A DNA stretch of 64,000 nt from Azolla caroliniana. Lineage: Eukaryota; Plantae; Polypodiophyta. The stretch covers positions 25,482,001 through 25,546,000 of the forward strand of contig JBHGNT010000002.1 in assembly GCA_043228905.1 (NCBI GenBank). The letters are read 5' to 3'. Below are positions 57,554-64,000 of this stretch, one piece after another. The position numbers and the translations under genes are program-made. Under the pieces are notes generated by a model. That model ran no database searches. It was not told the DNA's origin and saw nothing but the letters and a program-made list of their open reading frames with translations. Positions within the stretch are counted from its first letter, which is position 1, and each line of letters opens with the position of its first letter.

Positions 57554-60139
57554 ATGAGAGCTTCGAAGTCCTGTTTCAGGACGTATTCTTCTTCAGGTTC
57601 TGGAGCCCAATCCATACATCAAAACCCTAATTTCGGAGGTGGTTATCTTCTTTCCTGTCAAGTCTCCAAATTAGGGTCTGAGATACAATGTCTCTGCAAA
57701 GAAGGAGAATTGGAAAAGGCCATTGGAGCTCTAACCCGAATGCACCAATATGGCTTCACCCCCCATGAGAACGTGTTCTGGTCTCTTCTCAAAGCATGTG
57801 GTGAGCAAAAAGACGTACGATTGGTTCGAATAGTTCAGGAATCTCTTGTTAGACATGGTAATGTAGGGTTTGCGAGTCCGATCCTAGACTATTTGGTTAG
57901 TATACTAGCAAAATGTGGTGATATTGAACATGCTCTCTATGAGTTTAAAAGGGTCAAGAATCGCACAGTTTTCTCATGGACTGCACTTATTTCAGCATTC
58001 ACGGAAAATGGTTCATACATTGAAGCTCTTGAAATGTATCGAAATATGAAACATGATCGTGTTGAGCCTAATGAATACACTTTTGTTAGTATATTAAAAG
58101 CTTGTGGTGGCATTCCCGATTTGATTGAAGGCAAGTCTTTACATGCTGATGTTTTATTTAAGGGTTTCGATTCTCATGTGTTTGTTGGGAGTACACTTGT
58201 GAGTATGTATGGAAAATGCGGAAATATTTTAGATGCATACAAGGTATTTTCAGGTCTATCAGAACAGAATATCGTCTCTTGGAATGCTATGCTCACTGCA
58301 TATGCCGAACAAGGTGAAGGAGAGAAAGCCTTACAGCTCTTTGAAAAGTTGAAAGGAGAAGGTTGTGTGGAGCCGAATGAAAGGACATTTGTTAATCTCT
58401 TGCAAGCATGTTCCACGCTTGCAGACACAGAAGAAGCTATCCTTATTGATGTCGGATTGGTGAAGTTGAAATGTATGGAAAGGGTTGAGACTCTTTATTC
58501 AGATATTCAATCAAAAGGTTTCCACTTTAACGTGTTTGTTGGAAACACACTCATAAATATGTTTGGAAAATGTGGAAACATCAACAGAGCCGAAAGTATT
58601 TTCTTTGGAATGTCGGATCGGACAGTGATATCATGGACAGCAATGCTTTCTGCATATATTGACCGTGGAGAGGTTGAGAAAGCTCTAAAGCTTTACATAC
58701 AAATGAGATGTGAGGAAGCTAGTCCGAATGAATGGACATTTGCAATCCTGTTCCAAGCATGTTGTATGCTTGCTGATAAGGAGGATATGCTTGTTGTGGG
58801 GGGACTAAAGATGAAGCTTTTAGCATTAGAAATTGGTCGGGGATTACACTCAGATGCACGGAGAAGTGGGTTAGCTTTAGATTCTTGTGTCGGTAGTACC
58901 CTTGTGAATATGTATGGCAAGTGTGGAAGCATTATTGAGGCTGAGAATATCTTCTTCGGCCTATCAGAGAGGGACATTTCGGCATGGAATGCGATATTAT
59001 CAGCTTATCTTGAGAAAGGCCAAGCAGAGAAAGTCTTATATTTATATGTAGTTATGCAAGGGAATTGTTTGAGCCCAGATGAACGTACTTTTGTAATTGC
59101 TCTCCAAGCATGTTGTGTGCTTGCAAGCAAAGAAGAAACTGTTTTTATCAAAGGACGTTCGACAAAAAAGAAGTCCCTAGACATTGGGCGAGCATTACAT
59201 GCTGATGCTCAAATGAAAGGATTTGATGTAGACACATTCATCAGTAGCACATTGGTGAGTATGTATGGGAAATGTGGCAGTATTTTGGATGGAGGGACAG
59301 TTTTTTCTGAATTAGTGGATCGAGATGTTGTTACATGGACTGCTATGCTCTCAGCATATGCTGAACAAGGACAAATACAAAATGCTTTGCAGTTATACGA
59401 ACAAATGCAAGAAGAAGATGTGATCGTGGATGATGCGACACTAGTTTGTGTAATTCAAGCATGTAGTGGAACTGGAACATTAGGGATTTGTAGGAAGATA
59501 CATTCTGATATTCTCTCCACACGGAGAGATCCAAGCCTTCTTTTGATGACAGCTTTTATTCGTGCGTATGGAAATTGCTCAAGCATGATGGATGCTTTGG
59601 CTATTTTTGATGAGCTACAAGAACCTGATGTGGTAGCATGGAGTGCATTGATATCAGGTTATGCTAGAGGAGGAAATTTTGCAACAAGCTTTCAAGTTTA
59701 TGATGAAATGAAGCAGGCGAGTATAGAACCCAACCATGTAACGTTTTTGTCACTTCTTACTGCTTGTGGTCATGGTGGCCAAGCAGAAAAAGGCGTTGAT
59801 ATGTTTGAATCTATGACTACAGACTATGCATTAGTTCCCAAAGTTGAGCATTTTGTCACTGTAGTCGATCTACTTGGGCGTGTAGGGGACCTTGAAAGGG
59901 CTGAATATGTTCTATCAAGAATGCCTATGCAACCGGATTTGGCAATGTGGCTTTGCTTACTAGGCGCATGTCGAAAGCATGGTAATATCCAGCTAGGAAA
60001 AAGGGTCTTTGATCGGGCTGTCCGTTTACAACCAAACAAAGCTGCAGCATACGTGATGATGTCTAATATCTACAATGATGCTGGGCTATGGGATAGTGCA
60101 AGCGAGATGGATATGATGAAGGTGATTGCAAGTGAGTAA
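57554..60139 (+). CDS. PLS-E class PPR protein (861 aa), putative organellar RNA-editing specificity factor
   Basis: Single ORF with PLS triplets, P2-L2-S2, E1 (MPMQPDLAMWLCLLGACRKHGN) and E2 (AAAYVMMSNIY); N-terminus resembles a targeting peptide. Confidence 0.95.
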   Translation: MRASKSCFRTYSSSGSGAQSIHQNPNFGGGYLLSCQVSKLGSEIQCLCKEGELEKAIGALTRMHQYGFTPHENVFWSLLKACGEQKDVRLVRIVQESLVRHGNVGFASPILDYLVSILAKCGDIEHALYEFKRVKNRTVFSWTALISAFTENGSYIEALEMYRNMKHDRVEPNEYTFVSILKACGGIPDLIEGKSLHADVLFKGFDSHVFVGSTLVSMYGKCGNILDAYKVFSGLSEQNIVSWNAMLTAYAEQGEGEKALQLFEKLKGEGCVEPNERTFVNLLQACSTLADTEEAILIDVGLVKLKCMERVETLYSDIQSKGFHFNVFVGNTLINMFGKCGNINRAESIFFGMSDRTVISWTAMLSAYIDRGEVEKALKLYIQMRCEEASPNEWTFAILFQACCMLADKEDMLVVGGLKMKLLALEIGRGLHSDARRSGLALDSCVGSTLVNMYGKCGSIIEAENIFFGLSERDISAWNAILSAYLEKGQAEKVLYLYVVMQGNCLSPDERTFVIALQACCVLASKEETVFIKGRSTKKKSLDIGRALHADAQMKGFDVDTFISSTLVSMYGKCGSILDGGTVFSELVDRDVVTWTAMLSAYAEQGQIQNALQLYEQMQEEDVIVDDATLVCVIQACSGTGTLGICRKIHSDILSTRRDPSLLLMTAFIRAYGNCSSMMDALAIFDELQEPDVVAWSALISGYARGGNFATSFQVYDEMKQASIEPNHVTFLSLLTACGHGGQAEKGVDMFESMTTDYALVPKVEHFVTVVDLLGRVGDLERAEYVLSRMPMQPDLAMWLCLLGACRKHGNIQLGKRVFDRAVRLQPNKAAAYVMMSNIYNDAGLWDSASEMDMMKVIASE

Positions 60140-61067
60140 TGAAGGTACTTGTAAAAGGCGTGGTTGGAGATGGATTGAACTTGATCAAGAAATCCTAACT
60201 CTTTTCTATAAGAGGTCATAATTGCATTCATGAAGAATGGTTATGACTTGAAACATCAAAGAGAAAAACATGTTGCAAAGATGCAAGTATTGCATACAAC
60301 AATGTTATGGGAGCTTGACCATTAAATGTTTTAATATCAATATATGTGCGTACAATGACGAATACCCAGAGAAGAGGACTCTGCAATGAGCATATGAATG
60401 AATAATCATGAGGATTCACTAAGGTCAAAGATTGACCCATCAGTTCGTGGACAACCACCAATCACATAGTCTAAAGGGAGAGCCATGGTGTGTACATATA
60501 ATATACCTAGAGTTTCATGATTCATAAAGAGAACTAGCTAAGTGGCTCATCTTATTTGGGGTTCTTTTAGCTTTTGCTTCTCAGTAGTTTACTTGGTCCT
60601 TGCCATGACCTAGGTATGAACAATGGGCACTGTTGTCTCTGGAACTGAATGGTAGAGGACAGTACCTGAGACATTGTTATTTGACAATCAAGATTGCAAC
60701 ATTGTACAGTGAGATGATGGCCAAGCAGCATCAGAGCAAGTGGTGGCCTGGGTTGTATACTCCAATAAGTGTATTGGAAGGTCAAAGTTCCTTCTTTCCA
60801 TGAACACCTCCTGCATTACAAATATTCAGACTGAAAAAACAGTTCCAATAGGCTGAAAAAATCTGAAGTTCAGACACCGAAATAATATCCTCCAAATTTG
60901 AAAGGTGATTAATTCCGAATATAGCAACACTGCAAAGCATTGTGAATACCGAAATGATGGTTTACTTCTTAAATTTGGACCGTTTTTTTTGTTACGACTC
61001 ATTATTAGTCTTTCAATACAAATTTTCAAGATAAGAATTGAGAAAAAAAGCAGCAAGTAATGTGATC

Positions 61068-61544
61068 AAGATAATCTTCTAAGAGACTTGAAGGAGATCG
61101 GCAAAATCCTTTTTCCACAAGCATACATTAAACTATTCAAATCTTCGCATTTAAATGTCGTATAAGAAGGAATTATTTAATTAACTAATTAACGTTGGTT
61201 GACTACTATGAAGATGGTCATCAATTAAGATAATCTTCTAAGAGACTTGAAGGAGATCGGCAAAATCCTTTTTCCACAAGCATACATTAAACTATTCAAA
61301 TCTTCGCATTTAAATGTCGTATAAGAAGGAATTATTTAATTAACTAATTAACGTTGGTTGACTACTATGAAGGTGGTCATCAATTAAGATAATCTTCTAA
61401 GAGACTTGAAGGAGATCGGCAAAATCCTTTTTCCACAAGCATACATTAAACTATTCAAATCTTCGCATTTAAATGTCGTATAAGAAGGAATTATTTAATT
61501 AACTAATTAACGTTGGTTGACTATTATGAAGGTGGTCATCAATT
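61068..61544. repeat. Near-perfect tandem array, 3 x 159 bp
   Basis: Units start at 61068, 61227 and 61386 (AAGATAATCTTCTAAGAGACTTG..); only single-base differences seen. Confidence 0.95.
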
Positions 61545-63155
61545 AATTACTGACGAGTAGCAACAAAAAGTGCCATTTAATTTGGACCTAATAATATAAT
61601 AGCTAATAAATGATGATCACTACTCTAGCTAAAGTGATAAATACATTATTATGCTTCCACGCCCATTGATAATATTAGAAGTGCTAATTATTACAACATT
61701 TATAATATGCTAATTACAATGTTAATCATTGTAATAATTATGATAACCCTAAATAATGAACATCTTTTAATACACAATTGAAGTTTAATAACTCCATGAT
61801 TAAGCACAATAACCCCATGATTAATGAATCACCACAACAAGAAGTTCATAAGAAGAAACTTTGCTATGCATGTAACCTTTACAATTCACCAAAGGCATTT
61901 GGATTATTTTTTAAAAAACATGGGGGCGTTGTCTAGAATAGTAATCATTTTACTAGGAAGTAGTTACCTAGCTTCCACTATTTTAGCCGGTAAAAATTAC
62001 AGGTGTTCTAATTATAATTTCATCCAATTTGGTAAAAGGAACTCATCCCATTGGTGTTAATTACAGAAACTCTGGACTGATGAGAGATTTGATTAACACA
62101 TCAGTCAAAGTGAAGATGGTAATGGCGGGGTGATCGCTTCATGTTTACTTGTTACAAGTAATGCCCCCGGATCATCATCTGAGAAGTATTGACAAATGTA
62201 ATAGGAACTTTGTTGATATTTGTTTATGCATGACGATTGCTAGAAAATGTCTGACAAAAAGTGATACCTTATTACGATCAATAATTAATTAGAAGCGACG
62301 TGAAATATAAATGAAATAGCAGAGGATCTCAATAGCAACACCATTTATTATAAGAAGTGACATCGATCAATGCAATAGACCTGATCTTGATGATACGCCA
62401 CATGATGATGGATCTTCTACACATCAATAATTAGTGAAAGATCACGAATTTGTTAATACAAGAATGTGATGTTCACATGAATATTAAATTTCAAATTTAT
62501 ATATATATAACTTAGAGTCTGAAAACAAAATCAGACTAAACTCCTGTAAACATTAAACTTCTGTGTGTAATTTAAGTTAAACTAAGCACATGAATACAAT
62601 TCTATTTGTACGTGTTAAAAAGTAAATAATGAAGCTCAAGTATGCACTATCTGAGAGGAGAGATAATTAATCAGGATATCTAATACATTCATTAGATTCT
62701 GCACAAGTAATGTGGCCAGTCACAACATCTGCGATTGGCCGAAAATTGAGACCAAAGTAATCAATCTCGGAGCTATAATTTGCAGGATGTAAGATCTTCA
62801 TTGATGGAATTCTGGCGGGTATCATCAATGTTGATACCGCCATGATTACACGGCTTTTCTTAAGTGAATCAAGGTTGTGTAACCATAATTTTGCAGGAAG
62901 ATGTGGCACATGGGCAGCGAGCACACATGGATTGCATGATTATGATTATGAGGTCGATAACTCATTGATAAAATCATTGATTAAACCATGAATTATTATC
63001 ACTTGATTCGTCACAACCAATGATGAGATTATGAATGCTTGTGGGTAATTAGGATCGAAGGATTGTTGTAATCGAGATCCGACATCATAATTCACAGAGC
63101 TAAGTGGCCACATGTGATGGAGCAGGCGGTTGATTTAAATGCTTGGATCAAATGA

Positions 63156-63986
63156 TTAGTTAAAATCATTGTGGCTATGAATCTCTGTGGACTCCATGGA
63201 TCCCTGCTGGCTACCCATATAACTCATGCGCGAGCATTGAGATCTTGTCTCATCTGAACCTGTGAGCGACTGGACCAACCACATGAAGTTGGACGCCTCC
63301 GCCTGGATCACTTTCGGCGCATACATGTGGATGACGATCGGCCGTCTCCCATGATGAGGATGATTATGATTATGATTACGATGAGGATTATGATTATGAT
63401 TCTGATTATGATTATGATTCTGATTCTGATTATGATTATGATTATGATTATGATTATGATTATGATTATGATTCTGATTCTGATTCTGATTCTGATTTTG
63501 ATTTTGATTTTGATTTTGATTTTGATTTTGATTTTGATTTTGATTTTGATTTTGATTTTGATTTTGAGTTTGATTTTGATTTTGATTTTGATTTTGATTT
63601 TGATGATTAATTAGCATCCCATGAGGATCTGCAGGCATCGACAGCCTCTCCTCCTCGGACAGCCTCTCCTCCTCGGATCGATCGGTTGGAGCCACCTCTT
63701 CCCCATTAATTCTTTCCTCCTCTTCTTCTTCTTCTCCTTCAACAACGAATTCCTTAACCTCGGGTCCCTTGATCCGATCCGAATCCTTCTCGTTGCGAAT
63801 CATACCCATCGATGATGATGACGATGCCGTCACATCCAATCCATTCATATCGATCGATGATGATGCAGAGCCATCCAATTGACTGTCGTCACATAAGCTT
63901 CTCGGAGGATGATTACAGATCGAAGGCGGCACACACCCATCGAATCGATTGCCATCGTTATGAAGAATGCCTATCGATGATGGCAT
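63156..63986 (-). CDS. VQ-motif protein (MKS1/VQ20-21-like motif context) with poly-(QN)/(HN) tract; may start upstream of the window
   Basis: PIVIHMYAPKVIQAEASNFMWLVQSLTG matches FxxLVQxLTG; intronless; the frame stays open to the window edge. Confidence 0.85.
   Translation of the reverse strand: MPSSIGILHNDGNRFDGCVPPSICNHPPRSLCDDSQLDGSASSSIDMNGLDVTASSSSSMGMIRNEKDSDRIKGPEVKEFVVEGEEEEEEERINGEEVAPTDRSEEERLSEEERLSMPADPHGMLINHQNQNQNQNQNQTQNQNQNQNQNQNQNQNQNQNQNQNQNQNQNQNHNHNHNHNHNHNHNQNQNHNHNQNHNHNPHRNHNHNHPHHGRRPIVIHMYAPKVIQAEASNFMWLVQSLTGSDETRSQCSRMSYMGSQQGSMESTEIHSHNDFN
63360..63605 (-). repeat. Coding hexamer microsatellite (CAAAAT)n-(CAGAAT)n-(CATAAT)n
   Basis: Directly visible within the VQ ORF. 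Confidence 0.95.
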
Positions 63987-64000
63987 GGCTGTCGCGTCAA

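Noticed and set aside
60222-60500. Possible DYW deaminase domain after the PPR
   Set aside because: No HxE, CxxC or DYW-like motifs seen in any frame
61068-61544. CRISPR-like or repeat-spacer array
   Set aside because: Units are contiguous and near-identical with no unique spacers; eukaryotic context and no cas genes
63327-63614. Plus-strand poly-IL/IM ORF that looks like a membrane protein
   Set aside because: Antisense reading of the VQ hexamer repeat

Overview
AT-rich, intron-containing land-plant nuclear DNA, most likely from a fern (inferred from PLS-PPR genes with long insertions in L motifs and the LINE families present). Seven host genes are supported: (1) an ABCG22/27-type half transporter (8 exons visible, 5' start upstream of the window), (2) an intronless PLS-type PPR gene lacking an E domain, (3) a multi-exon MIKC*-type MADS-box gene, (4) an OTU4-like deubiquitinase (6 coding exons), (5) a small orphan secreted protein, (6) an intronless PLS-E PPR gene, (7) a VQ-motif protein with a long QN/HN repeat. 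Mobile DNA includes about 7 L1/Tx1-like LINE copies or fragments (three with clear 16-18 bp TSDs, one a twin-primed 5'-inverted insertion), a full-length but stop-riddled Tto1/Tork-like Copia element (LTRs, PBS, PPT, 5-bp TSD), a Mutator-type foldback MITE with a 9-bp TSD, a probable solo LTR and several tandem arrays. I found no evidence for a wholly new multi-gene system. The best leads are the twin-primed LINE, the unnamed conserved domain in these LINE ORF2s, the orphan secreted protein and the frameshift-detached PG box of the second PPR. All family assignments are from motif recognition by eye; no searches were run.
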